From a bacterium (GTDB lineage: Bacteria > Omnitrophota > Gorgyraeia > Zapsychrales > Zapsychraceae), in NCBI GenBank assembly GCA_030429765.1, contig JAUIER010000001.1, forward strand, positions 202,877 to 266,876: DNA of 64,000 nucleotides. The letters are read 5' to 3'. Positions 48,418 through 57,904 of the stretch are shown here, one piece after another. Every line of letters starts with the position of its first letter. The stretch's first letter is position 1. The notes beneath the pieces were generated by a model. It saw nothing but the letters and a program-made list of their open reading frames with translations. It did not search any database and was not told the DNA's origin. The position numbers and the translations under genes were made by a program.

Positions 48418-49797
48418 ATGAATCCACTGGTTATAGGTATTGCGGTTTTCGCGATATTTGTGGTGAGTATGTTTTTGTTCTTTGCGTCGTGTTACAAGCG
48501 TTGTCCGTCGAATGCCATATTGGCCATTTACGGAAAGGTGGGTGAAGGACAGTCAGTTAAGTGTTATCACGGGGGCGGGGCATTTGTCATTCCATTGATC
48601 CAGGACTCTAAATTTCTGGACCTGACGCCGATGACGATCAATATTCCATTGTCCAAGGCCCTGTCATTTCAGAATATCCGCATTAATGTGCCGAGTACGT
48701 TTACGATCGCGATTGATACGTCCAAGGAAGCCATGAACAACGCGGCGGTGCGTTTGCTGGAGTTGACGTCCAAGGAGATCGAAAAGATGGCAACGGAAAT
48801 CATCTTTGGTCAGCTACGTCTGACCGTTGCGTCGTTGCGGATTGAGGAGATCAATCAGGACCGGGAGAGGTTTTTAATGGCGATCCGCAACAATATCGAG
48901 CCGGAGCTGCGGAAGATCGGGTTGACTTTGATCAACGTGAATATCACCGATATTACGGATGAATCGGGCTATATCGAGAGTATCGGAAAGAAGGCAGCAG
49001 CCACCGCGATCAATCAGGCCAAGATCGATGTGGCCGAGCAGGACAAAAAAGGGGATGTTGGAGCGGCTGCGGCCGAGCAGGAACGCCGAATCCAGGTGGC
49101 CAAGTACAATGCCCAAGCGGTTGAGGGTGAAAACGTGGCCAAGGCCAATATCGCGGATTATGATGCGACCCTTAAAGAGAAGGAAGCGGTCGCGGACCAG
49201 CGCGGTCAGGTCGCTGAGCAAAATGCCGAGGCTGAGATCCAGAAGGCCAAGGCGGCGGCGGAGACCCGACGCCTGGAGGCCGAGCAGGTCGTACCTGTAG
49301 AAATCGACAAGCGTAAGGTTGAAATCGATGCCGAGGCGAGGGCCGAACGCAAACGGCGTGAAGCCAAGGGTGAGGCCGATGCGATCGTGGCCGTCAAAAC
49401 AGCCGAAGCGACCGGGATCCAGAAGGTCCTGGATGCGAAAGCTGAAGGTTATAATCGACTGGTTGATTCCTGTGGCGACAATGCCCGGGATGCGGCGACC
49501 ATGCTGATCGTCGAGAAGCTTGAGGAGATCGTCAAGCTTCAAACCGAGGCGATTCGCAACATCAAGATCGACAAGGTTACCGTTTGGGATAGTGGAAACA
49601 GTGAAAAAGGCAGTTCGACGGCCAATTTCATGAGCAATATGGTCAAGTCCCTGCCGGCCCTGCACGATGTGGCGGGCATGGCGGGTGTTGATCTGCCGGA
49701 ATATCTCGGCGAGGTTGCCGAAAAAAAGGTGGTGAAACAGGCCAAGCCGTCCAAATCGGCTTCACCTAAGCCCAAGGTGGATCCAAGTGCTGAATAA
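48418..49797 (+). CDS. Flotillin (SPFH) family protein
   Basis: N-terminal TM, GGGAFVIPLIQ, GQLR, EEINQDR, EA-rich coiled coil, IDKVTVWD. Confidence 0.93.
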   Translation: MNPLVIGIAVFAIFVVSMFLFFASCYKRCPSNAILAIYGKVGEGQSVKCYHGGGAFVIPLIQDSKFLDLTPMTINIPLSKALSFQNIRINVPSTFTIAIDTSKEAMNNAAVRLLELTSKEIEKMATEIIFGQLRLTVASLRIEEINQDRERFLMAIRNNIEPELRKIGLTLINVNITDITDESGYIESIGKKAAATAINQAKIDVAEQDKKGDVGAAAAEQERRIQVAKYNAQAVEGENVAKANIADYDATLKEKEAVADQRGQVAEQNAEAEIQKAKAAAETRRLEAEQVVPVEIDKRKVEIDAEARAERKRREAKGEADAIVAVKTAEATGIQKVLDAKAEGYNRLVDSCGDNARDAATMLIVEKLEEIVKLQTEAIRNIKIDKVTVWDSGNSEKGSSTANFMSNMVKSLPALHDVAGMAGVDLPEYLGEVAEKKVVKQAKPSKSASPKPKVDPSAE

Positions 49798-49827
49798 TTA
49801 GGCATCAAAGATCAAGAATGCAACATC

Positions 49828-49863
49828 AAAGGCTCCTTCCGGCCAGGAAGGGGCCTTTTTTTT
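49828..49863 (+). terminator. Intrinsic terminator
   Basis: AAAGGCTCCTTCC-ggcca-GGAAGGGGCC followed by T8. Confidence 0.8.
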
Positions 49864-50018
49864 AGGCCAAATCTGACCTAAAATCAATTCAGGAAACTGC
49901 TTGCAAAAAAATCGGATATTCAGTAGAATATGGGACTCTTACGTTTGAGGCGTGCCTCGGCACATGACATATAGAGACCAATACATATAATCAAATAGCA
50001 AAACCCAAGGAGAGAAGT

Positions 50019-50825
50019 ATGAAAGGCAGTCTAATTTTAGTGATTATCGTACTGGCTGTAGTTGGATTCTTCGGATACAACTATATTCAGCAGCCGCAAA
50101 CGGCATCGAACATCGGACAATCAATTGAGGATTCAGCAGCGAAGACGACAGGATACGTGCAAAAACAAGCCAAGGCCATGGCTGAAAAAACTCAGGACAT
50201 GGGCCAAACCGTAGCGGCGAAGGCCGACACAATGGCGGACAAAACAGCCAAGGCCATGGAAGCGACCAAGGACCAGGCGTCCAAAATCGCAGACAAAACA
50301 GCCAAAGTTGTGGAAGACACCAAAGCCGGTGCCAGCAAAATGGCGGATAAAACGGCAAAGGTTATGGAAGATACCAAGGCGGGCATCGGTGAAATGGCTG
50401 AAAAAGCCAAAGCCGGAATCGATACAAGCGGTATCAAAAAGACTCTAGATCAGGCCGAAGACAAAATGGGTGAGACATTGGCCAAAGCCGGTGACAGCAT
50501 CGAAAAAGCCGGTGAAACAATGCAGCAACAAGCCAAGATCGACACACCCGAGCTGGATAAAGGCGCGGAAGATCTGGCCGAGAAGATCAAGTCATTGATC
50601 AACAAGGCCAAGGCTGAGTTGGAAAAGGGCGACCTGAAACAAGCCACTCAGACGGCCCAAGAAGCGTTGAAACTGGATCCCAGCTCTGTCGACGCCAAGA
50701 ATATCTTGAAAACAGCACAGGAAAAGATCGCAGCCGCCGCCAAGGACAAGGCCGGCGAATTCGCCACTGGTTTGTCGGACAAAATCGGTGATGCCGAATC
50801 AGCGTTAGGAAGTTTAGGACAATAA
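50019..50825 (+). CDS. Membrane-anchored Ala/Lys-rich amphipathic repeat (LEA/apolipoprotein-like) protein with a C-terminal TPR-like unit
   Basis: N-terminal TM; ADKTAK repeats; AQEALKLDP...A. Confidence 0.8.
   Translation: MKGSLILVIIVLAVVGFFGYNYIQQPQTASNIGQSIEDSAAKTTGYVQKQAKAMAEKTQDMGQTVAAKADTMADKTAKAMEATKDQASKIADKTAKVVEDTKAGASKMADKTAKVMEDTKAGIGEMAEKAKAGIDTSGIKKTLDQAEDKMGETLAKAGDSIEKAGETMQQQAKIDTPELDKGAEDLAEKIKSLINKAKAELEKGDLKQATQTAQEALKLDPSSVDAKNILKTAQEKIAAAAKDKAGEFATGLSDKIGDAESALGSLGQ
50232..50393 (+). repeat. Three tandem 54-nt (18-aa) coding repeats
   Basis: Units begin at 50232, 50286 and 50340: (M/I)ADKTAKxxExTKxxxxx. Confidence 0.85.
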
Positions 50826-50839
50826 TTTGTTCATCATAG

Positions 50840-50871
50840 AAGGGACAGCTCGCAAGGGCTGTCCCTTTTTT
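50840..50871 (+). terminator. Intrinsic terminator
   Basis: AAGGGACAGCTC-GCAA-GGGCTGTCCC followed by T6. Confidence 0.85.
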
Positions 50872-50885
50872 GTTGGGAGATCGAA

Positions 50886-51500
50886 ATGAGCGCGCTTCAA
50901 TCACTGGGATTTTTGATGGGCAGTTCCTGGGCGTCCGGGGTCAATCTATATTTGACGGTTGGCAGTCTGGGATTCGCCCACCGCATGGAATGGATCAAAC
51001 TACCGGGTAACCTGGAGATTCTATGTCATCCGCTGGTGATCGCGGTCGCGGCCGTCATGTACGCCATCGAGTTTTTTGCGGACAAGGTGCCCTATGTGGA
51101 TTCGGCCTGGGATACGGTTCATACCTTTATCAGGCCGGTGGGGGCCATGATGCTTGGCTTTATGGCCATGGCTGACACAGGCGTCGATCCGGCCGTTCAG
51201 ATGGCGGTAGCGCTGGTGACCGGGACGATCGCCTTTAATTCACACCTGACCAAGGCCACCGCCCGGGTGGCGATCAATACCTCACCCGAGCCGGTATCCA
51301 ACTCCGTCGCCAGCGTGACAGAGGACGCCTCCGTGATCGGTATCATGTATCTGGTGACCAAACATCCGGTTCTAGCCGGAATCCTGGTTGTGATCTTTAT
51401 TGTTGTTTCGGTGTGGTTTCTCAAGAAGATGTTCCATCTGATGAAGCGGGTTTTACGCCGTGACAAAGGTAAGCCTTCTCAAGCTCCTACAGCCCAGTAA
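50886..51500 (+). CDS. DUF4126 membrane protein
   Basis: SGVNLY, EFFADKVPYVDSAWD.VHTFIRP, SPEP.SN..S..ED. Confidence 0.9.
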   Translation: MSALQSLGFLMGSSWASGVNLYLTVGSLGFAHRMEWIKLPGNLEILCHPLVIAVAAVMYAIEFFADKVPYVDSAWDTVHTFIRPVGAMMLGFMAMADTGVDPAVQMAVALVTGTIAFNSHLTKATARVAINTSPEPVSNSVASVTEDASVIGIMYLVTKHPVLAGILVVIFIVVSVWFLKKMFHLMKRVLRRDKGKPSQAPTAQ

Positions 51501-51516
51501 GATCGGATTAAGCCTT

Positions 51517-51550
51517 AATTAGTTGACATGTCAACTAATTCATGTATAAT
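51517..51550 (+). promoter_or_regulatory. Promoter with perfect 24-bp palindromic operator
   Basis: AATTAGTTGACATGTCAACTAATT (51517-51540) contains TTGACA; TATAAT at 51545-51550. Confidence 0.85.
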
Positions 51551-51562
51551 GCCATACGTATT

Positions 51563-52060
51563 ATGAAATCCGATGCCATTCCTACCCGAAAAGAGTTTTA
51601 TTTCAATGCCATCAAAGGACGGCCCAGTGCCGAGGTTTTTCACGGGATATTCTGTGTGTATTCACTGCTCGAGAAGCGGCTGGATGAGTATTTCAAGCCG
51701 CACGATCTGACGCCGGTCAAATTTAATGCCCTGATGCTGATTAAACACCTCGGCGGGACCAACGGCGTGAGCCAGCAGGACATCGGACATCATCTGATAG
51801 TATCGCCATCCAATATCACCCGGTTGCTGAATCGCCTGGCGGCTGACGAGTATATTGAGCGATCAGCATGCTCCAAGGACCGTCGGGTCAAGCTGGTCCG
51901 TATCACGCCCAAAGGTGAACGGGTCATTGGACAAGTATTCTTCGGGTTCGGGGAAACCGTCCAGCAATCAGTGTATCTCATGGATCGGACCGAGGTGGAA
52001 GATTTAAGCCATTTACTGATCAAGTGGTTTCTCAAGCTGGAAGCGGCGGGGGAGCGCTAG
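51563..52060 (+). CDS. MarR family transcriptional regulator
   Basis: LT...F..L, SNITRLLNRL...YIER...DRR...V.IT.KG; the ATG at 51542 lies inside the promoter, so 51563 is preferred. Confidence 0.9.
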   Translation: MKSDAIPTRKEFYFNAIKGRPSAEVFHGIFCVYSLLEKRLDEYFKPHDLTPVKFNALMLIKHLGGTNGVSQQDIGHHLIVSPSNITRLLNRLAADEYIERSACSKDRRVKLVRITPKGERVIGQVFFGFGETVQQSVYLMDRTEVEDLSHLLIKWFLKLEAAGER

Positions 52061-52837
52061 ATGCTGACGGCTTATCTTTGGGGGTGTCTGACGGTCGTCT
52101 TGATGATGGTGATCATTTGGCTGATCCATCTACCCTTGAAAAATGCGGCGATTGTGGATATGGGATGGGGTTTGGGATTCATCCTGATGACGTTGATCTT
52201 TGTTTCGCATGGCGCGGGATGGACGTTGCGTAATCAGATCATCTTTGTTCTGGTCGCGCTGTGGGGCGTGCGCATCATGCTCTATGTGTTTTTCCGCATA
52301 CTGGTTGAGAAGCGGGAAGATAAGCGTTACACTGAATTCCGGCGTAAATGGGGCAATCATATTGAGTGGAACTTCCTGCGGATTTTTGAAATCCAGGCGT
52401 TTCTTCAGATGGTGATTGTTTTGCCGATCTTGGTGATGGCCTTTAACGCCGACGGACATATGCACTGGTTAGAATGGACCGGGTTCAGTGTGGCCTTGAT
52501 CTCGATCATATGCGAAGCCGTGGCGGATGAACAATTACGCAGCTTCAAGGGCAATATGGCCAACAAGGGGAAGACATGCCAGACGGGGTTTTGGTACTAC
52601 TCACGGCATCCGAATTATTTTTTTGAAATCCTGGTATGGGTGGCCATTTATGTGGCCGCCTTGCCCACGGCCTGGGGATGGGCGACAATCGCTTCGCCTT
52701 TGATGATCACCTACCTTATTCTTAATGTCAGCGGAATCCCCTTGGCTGAAGAACAATCCCTTCGATCCCGGGGCGACGAATACCGGGACTACCAGCGAAC
52801 CACCAGCATATTAATTCCGTTACCCAAAAAAGGATAG
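52061..52837 (+). CDS. DUF1295 (steroid 5-alpha-reductase-like) membrane protein
   Basis: VDMGW, WGVR, EDKRY, ADEQL, G.WYYSRHPNYFFE, YQRTTS. Confidence 0.92.
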   Translation: MLTAYLWGCLTVVLMMVIIWLIHLPLKNAAIVDMGWGLGFILMTLIFVSHGAGWTLRNQIIFVLVALWGVRIMLYVFFRILVEKREDKRYTEFRRKWGNHIEWNFLRIFEIQAFLQMVIVLPILVMAFNADGHMHWLEWTGFSVALISIICEAVADEQLRSFKGNMANKGKTCQTGFWYYSRHPNYFFEILVWVAIYVAALPTAWGWATIASPLMITYLILNVSGIPLAEEQSLRSRGDEYRDYQRTTSILIPLPKKG

Positions 52838-52840
52838 AAT

Positions 52841-53881
52841 ATGAAACAATTAGCGAATCTCAGTCAGGGCCTGTTAGAGCGTGATCTGTTACCCGATCCA
52901 CTTATCCGTTACGGCATTCGGGGGCTGCTGAAGGAAAAACTCAAGCAGGAAAAACAAGGCGGGATCAAGGCGGCTCAGGAACGGATGAGCGAAATAATCC
53001 GGGAAATGAAGGCGTCGGATATCGCTGTGAATACCGTCGAGGCCAATGAACAGCATTATGAGGTGCCGACTGAATTTTTTCAGCTGGTGATGGGCAAGCA
53101 CATGAAGTACAGCTGCGGATACTGGAACGAAGGGGTGACCGATTTTGATCAGACCGAGCTGGATATGCTGAAGCTCGCGTCTGAGCGTGCACAGCTCGAC
53201 AACGGACAGGATATTCTGGAACTCGGCTGCGGTTGGGGATCGATGACGCTGCATATGGCTGAGGCCTATCCCGGTTCAAACGTAGTCGGTGTATCGAATT
53301 CGGCGACGCAAAAGGAGTACATTGATGAACAGGCCCGGCAGCGCGGATTAAGCAACATCCGGATTATCACCTGCGATATGAACGAGTTTACGATCGACGA
53401 GAAATTTGACCGTGTTGTCTCCATTGAGATGTTTGAGCACATGCGTAATTATCAAAAACTGCTGAACCGGGTTGCGAGTTGGATGAAGGATGGAGGGAAG
53501 CTGTTTATTCATATCTTCACGCACGTGGAACATGCCTACTTTTACAAACTCAACCAGGGGTTTGACTGGATGGCCCGATACTTCTTTACCGGCGGGATTA
53601 TGCCGTCCGACAATCTCCTATATAATTTTCAGGATGACTTTGAGATTGTTGATCACTGGAAGGTCAACGGAACGCACTATGAGAAGACATCCAACGGCTG
53701 GCTGGCCAACATGGACAAAAACCGCGAGAAAGTGATGCCGATCCTTAAAAAGACGTACGGCGAAGATTACAAAAAGTGGTGGGTCTATTGGCGGGTTTTC
53801 TTCATGGCCTGTGCCGAACTCTGGGGTTACGACAACGGTCATGAATGGATTGTCAGCCACTATTTACTCAGAAAGAAATAA
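52841..53881 (+). CDS. SAM-dependent methyltransferase, CFA/coclaurine N-methyltransferase-like
   Basis: ANEQHYEVP, KYSC, ILELGCGWGS, SIEMFEH, WMARYFFTGG.MPS. Confidence 0.9.
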   Translation: MKQLANLSQGLLERDLLPDPLIRYGIRGLLKEKLKQEKQGGIKAAQERMSEIIREMKASDIAVNTVEANEQHYEVPTEFFQLVMGKHMKYSCGYWNEGVTDFDQTELDMLKLASERAQLDNGQDILELGCGWGSMTLHMAEAYPGSNVVGVSNSATQKEYIDEQARQRGLSNIRIITCDMNEFTIDEKFDRVVSIEMFEHMRNYQKLLNRVASWMKDGGKLFIHIFTHVEHAYFYKLNQGFDWMARYFFTGGIMPSDNLLYNFQDDFEIVDHWKVNGTHYEKTSNGWLANMDKNREKVMPILKKTYGEDYKKWWVYWRVFFMACAELWGYDNGHEWIVSHYLLRKK

Positions 53882-53884
53882 GCG

Positions 53885-55144
53885 ATGGAACGAATTGCCA
53901 TAGTTGGAACCGGGGTCTCGGCGATGAGCGCCGCGTATTTTCTGCGTAATGACTTTGATATTACGTTCTTTGAAAAGGACAATTACGCGGGCGGGCACAC
54001 GAACACATTGACCATTGATGAGGAGGGAACGCCGATTCATATTGATTCGGCATTCATGGTGTTTAACCATGTAACCTACCCGAATCTGCAGAAATTCTTC
54101 CGTGAGCTTGAGATCGAAGAAAAAAATACCAATATGTCTTTCAGTGTTCAGCATCTGCCCAGTGGTCTGGAATACTGCGGGACCGGGTTAAACGGACTCT
54201 TTGCCCAACGGAAAAATCTGGCGCGTTGGAAGCATATTAGTATGCTGTTGGATATTAACCGGTTCAACAAAGAAGCCATTGAAGTTCTGACTGATCATAA
54301 ATTTGCCGGATACAGCATCAAACATTATTTTCAAGAAAAGGGATATGGGCAGGCGATGCTGGAGAAGTATCTGATCCCGATGAGCTCCGCGGTATGGTCC
54401 ACGCCGCCGGAACAGATGCTGGATTTTCCGATTCTGACGTTGGTGCGGTTTTTCAAGAATCACGGATTTCTCGGGATGACCACACAGCATCAATGGAAGA
54501 CGCTCGTCGGAGGAAGCCGTCAGTATCGGGATAAAGTGATGGCGATGTTCCCGAACCGGGTTCACCTAAATGCCGAAGTAGAACAAGTATTCCGCAAGCC
54601 CGAGGGTGTGGAGGTTTGTATCAAGGACGGTGAGCGTCATATGTTTGATAAGGTGATTATCGCGTCGCATGCCGATCAATCTCTAAGATTATTGGGTGAT
54701 CCAACCGAGCAGGAACAAAATTTATTGTCTAAGTTCAAGTATCAACCCAATCAGGCCACCCTGCATACGGATGATTCGCTGATGCCCAAGACGCGTTTGG
54801 CCTGGTCCGCCTGGAATTATCGGATCAAAGCCAAAGCGAATCGACTCATTCCCCAAACGATCTATTACATGAATCGATTGCAGCATGTATCCCAGAAGGG
54901 CGATTACTTTGTCTCAATCAACGACGATGGTGATGTTCATCCGGATAAGATTATTTGGCAGAAAGAGTACGCGCATCCATTGTTTGATGTGGCGGCTATC
55001 CGCGCTCAGGATGATCTGCCCAAGCTCAATGAACAGGGACGCACATATTTTTGCGGGGCTTATTTTAAATACGGCTTTCACGAGGACGGATTCACGTCGG
55101 GACTGAACGTCGCAGAAAAGATCTTAAACCGGGAGGTTTGGTGA
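53885..55144 (+). CDS. FAD-dependent oxidoreductase (UfaD-like)
   Basis: IAIVGTGVSA, GGHTNT, FMVFN..TYPN, AWSAWNY, Y.HP, YGFHEDG. Confidence 0.9.
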   Translation: MERIAIVGTGVSAMSAAYFLRNDFDITFFEKDNYAGGHTNTLTIDEEGTPIHIDSAFMVFNHVTYPNLQKFFRELEIEEKNTNMSFSVQHLPSGLEYCGTGLNGLFAQRKNLARWKHISMLLDINRFNKEAIEVLTDHKFAGYSIKHYFQEKGYGQAMLEKYLIPMSSAVWSTPPEQMLDFPILTLVRFFKNHGFLGMTTQHQWKTLVGGSRQYRDKVMAMFPNRVHLNAEVEQVFRKPEGVEVCIKDGERHMFDKVIIASHADQSLRLLGDPTEQEQNLLSKFKYQPNQATLHTDDSLMPKTRLAWSAWNYRIKAKANRLIPQTIYYMNRLQHVSQKGDYFVSINDDGDVHPDKIIWQKEYAHPLFDVAAIRAQDDLPKLNEQGRTYFCGAYFKYGFHEDGFTSGLNVAEKILNREVW

Positions 55145-55932
55145 TGAATTCATGTCTGTATGACATTGATATCATGCACTATCGTACGGAGCCCAAGACA
55201 TACCGATTCAACCATAAATCGTTTATGTTTTATCTGGATCTCGACGAACTTCCTGAGATAGACCGAAAGTTTAGCCTTTTCGGTTATAACCGGCGCAGTT
55301 TGTTCCGGTTCAATGACAGCGATCATTTGGAGTTAAAGTCGCAATCCGTGAAAGATAATATTTTGGCGTACATTCAAGATCAAGGGGTTACCGCGCCGAT
55401 TAAGCGCGTGATGTTGCTGACGAATGTACGGATTGCCGGATACATCTTTAATCCGGTGTGTTTTTATTTTTGTTTTGATGCCGACGATCAGCCGGTCTGC
55501 GCGGTCGCCGAGGTTGGTAATACCTTCGGTGAACTTAAGCCGTTTTTCTTGGGGTCCGAGACATTTGAAGGGCAAACGTTTAAGTCTGTGCAGAAAAAGT
55601 ATTACTACATCTCACCGTTCATTGATCTGGATGTGCCCATGGATTTTCAGCTGAAGATTCCCGGAGAACGTGTGATCATTAGGGTGGATGACCTTAAAAA
55701 GGATGGACGCCTGCTGTACGCCACGATGAAGGGGCGTCGTCAAGAGCTGACGGGATCCAGTTTATTCTGGCATGCGCTGCGCTATCCATTTGAAACATTG
55801 AAGGTTATATTCCTGATCCACTATCATGCGGCTGTTCTGCACTTTGTGAAAAAAATTCCTTACCATAAGAAAAAAGATAACCCTGATTTGCAAAGGGAGG
55901 TTTACCGTGTCTGTAAAAAGACAGAAAAGTAA
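55144..55932 (+). CDS. DUF1365 family protein (UfaO-like)
   Basis: H.R..P, LDLDEL, GYIFNPVCFY, EVGNTFGE, K.YYISPF. Confidence 0.9.
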   Translation: MNSCLYDIDIMHYRTEPKTYRFNHKSFMFYLDLDELPEIDRKFSLFGYNRRSLFRFNDSDHLELKSQSVKDNILAYIQDQGVTAPIKRVMLLTNVRIAGYIFNPVCFYFCFDADDQPVCAVAEVGNTFGELKPFFLGSETFEGQTFKSVQKKYYYISPFIDLDVPMDFQLKIPGERVIIRVDDLKKDGRLLYATMKGRRQELTGSSLFWHALRYPFETLKVIFLIHYHAAVLHFVKKIPYHKKKDNPDLQREVYRVCKKTEK

Positions 55933-57199
55933 GATCGATGAAATGTGTCTGAAACTGATAGACCGTGTATTTCGGCCGATGGACAAGGGACGGCTGGTTA
56001 TCAACTTGCCCGATGGGAGGGAATTGACATATGGCAAGGACGATGCGGTTACGGCCACGATTGATGTACTCAATATGCGTTTTTTCCGTAAATGTGTGGT
56101 GTACGGAGCCGTGGGATTCGGGGAGTCATATGTCGACGGTGATTGGGAAACCAAGGACATCGCCGATGTGATCGGCTGGATGATCTATAATTACGAAAAT
56201 CATCCAACGTTGGCCGCGGATAAGCCAAAATTCAAGCCGGTCAACTTCCTGAATACGATCAATAAAATATATGGTAAATTCCGTGTCAATTCGATCAGGG
56301 GGAGCCGTAAAAATATTTCCGAGCATTACGACCTCAACAATGAATTTTTCAAACTGTTCCTCGACCCGACGATGACGTACTCATCGGCGATATTTAATCG
56401 TCCCGGACAATCGCTGGAGGAGGGGCAATATCAGAAATACGATGCCTTGTGCCGAAAGCTTAAGCTGCGTTCAACGGATCATGTGCTGGAAATCGGATCC
56501 GGATGGGGAGGATTTGCGGTGCACGCCGTTAAGAATTATGACTGCCGGGTCACGACGATCACGATTTCCGAAGAGCAATATGCCTACGCCAAGGAACGTT
56601 TCCGTCGTGAAGGAGTGGCCGATAAAGTTGACATTCAACTGACGGACTATCGTTTATTCACCGGCCAATACGATAAGATCGTGTCAATCGAGATGATCGA
56701 GGCGGTCGGGCATGAATTTTTACCGGAATATTTCCGTAAGATTGGTCAACTCCTCAAGAAGGACGGCCTAGTGGCCCTGCAGATGATCCTGTTTCCGGAC
56801 CATCGATATGACATTGCCCGACGGCAGACCGACTGGATCCAGAAGCATATCTTCCCCGGCAGTTTGTTGCCGTCGATGGGCGAAATCAACCGGGCGCTCA
56901 ACAAGACCGGAACGCTCAATCTACATGATTACGAAGATATCACGCCGTCATATGTCAAGACATTGAGGCTATGGTATGAGATGTTTAACGCTCGGTTGGA
57001 TGAGGTGCGGCTGTTGGGCTTTAACGAGTCGTTTGTCCGAAAGTGGAAGTACTACTTGTGCTACTGTGAGGCGGCCTTTAAAATGCGTAATATCAGCGTG
57101 GCACAGGCTGTGTACTCACGACCGAACAATCTGCATCTTAATGATGAATTGGAGGTCGAATTGTCTGAGAAGGATCAGGAATTTATCGAACTATTGTAA
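55907..57199 (+). CDS. cfa: Cyclopropane-fatty-acyl-phospholipid synthase-family methyltransferase (UfaM-like)
   Basis: GFGESYVDG.W, NISEHYDLNN.FF.LFLD.TMTYS, LEIGSGWG, SIEMIEAVG, HIFPG, W.YYL.YCEA.F. Confidence 0.92.
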   Translation: MSVKRQKSKIDEMCLKLIDRVFRPMDKGRLVINLPDGRELTYGKDDAVTATIDVLNMRFFRKCVVYGAVGFGESYVDGDWETKDIADVIGWMIYNYENHPTLAADKPKFKPVNFLNTINKIYGKFRVNSIRGSRKNISEHYDLNNEFFKLFLDPTMTYSSAIFNRPGQSLEEGQYQKYDALCRKLKLRSTDHVLEIGSGWGGFAVHAVKNYDCRVTTITISEEQYAYAKERFRREGVADKVDIQLTDYRLFTGQYDKIVSIEMIEAVGHEFLPEYFRKIGQLLKKDGLVALQMILFPDHRYDIARRQTDWIQKHIFPGSLLPSMGEINRALNKTGTLNLHDYEDITPSYVKTLRLWYEMFNARLDEVRLLGFNESFVRKWKYYLCYCEAAFKMRNISVAQAVYSRPNNLHLNDELEVELSEKDQEFIELL

Positions 57200-57201
57200 A
57201 T

Positions 57202-57768
57202 ATGAAGCGACCATCACCCTTAATTATACTATTCACGCTGTTATTGTGGACGATGAATGTCGTGGCTTCGGCTGAGACTATCCATGGCGTTGCATTCAGC
57301 GACGTCTACATGGATGAGCATGTCATCATGGATCTGCTGGGGACCGGACATAAGAAAATCCTGTTCACCGATGTGTTCGTGGCCGGATTTTACCTTCACA
57401 CCGATGCCGGCCCCGATGACGCCTTAAGCGATGTGGCCAAACGGATGGAGGTTTCGTATTTTACCGATGTTGGAGCGAAACGTCTCGCGGACTACATCCG
57501 TAAACGTATGTCTAAGAACATGTCCTCAGAAGAGTTTGAAGAGGTTGAATCGCGTATCGAGAAAATGCATGATTTTTTCGTGGACCTGGACGCCGGTGAC
57601 CGCTTTTCGATGACCTACATTCCCGATATCGGAACAAAATTTGAACGCAACAACACGTTTCTGGGTGTCGTGGAAGGCGCTGACTTCGGCCGCGGAATCT
57701 TTGCCACCTGGGTGGGCGAGCGCCCCTTTGACAAATCAGTCAAACAACAAGTCTTGGGTCTTGAATAA
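57202..57768 (+). CDS. Exported chalcone-isomerase-like (fatty-acid-binding) protein
   Basis: Signal peptide; G.G....LF.DVFVAGFY, DL.AGDR, F..GIF.TW.GE. Confidence 0.82.
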   Translation: MKRPSPLIILFTLLLWTMNVVASAETIHGVAFSDVYMDEHVIMDLLGTGHKKILFTDVFVAGFYLHTDAGPDDALSDVAKRMEVSYFTDVGAKRLADYIRKRMSKNMSSEEFEEVESRIEKMHDFFVDLDAGDRFSMTYIPDIGTKFERNNTFLGVVEGADFGRGIFATWVGERPFDKSVKQQVLGLE

Positions 57769-57904
57769 CACTCTCTGCTGTTTTTCCGGTTCGCGGTGAT
57801 CCTTCCATAATCGGGGCTTAATTAATTGCCATTTCCCTTGTTTCCCCAAATTCTAGCCTGTAGAATGATCGTATTATCAATGATTTGTGTACCAAGGAGG
57901 AGTT

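Noticed and set aside
48874-49665. 263-aa minus-strand ORF and the many other short overlapping ORFs in the track
   Set aside because: They are antisense or frame shadows of well-supported genes (here flotillin), with no motifs or RBS.
50232-50393. CRISPR-like repeat array
   Set aside because: The repeats are degenerate, in-frame coding units without spacers, and no cas genes are present.
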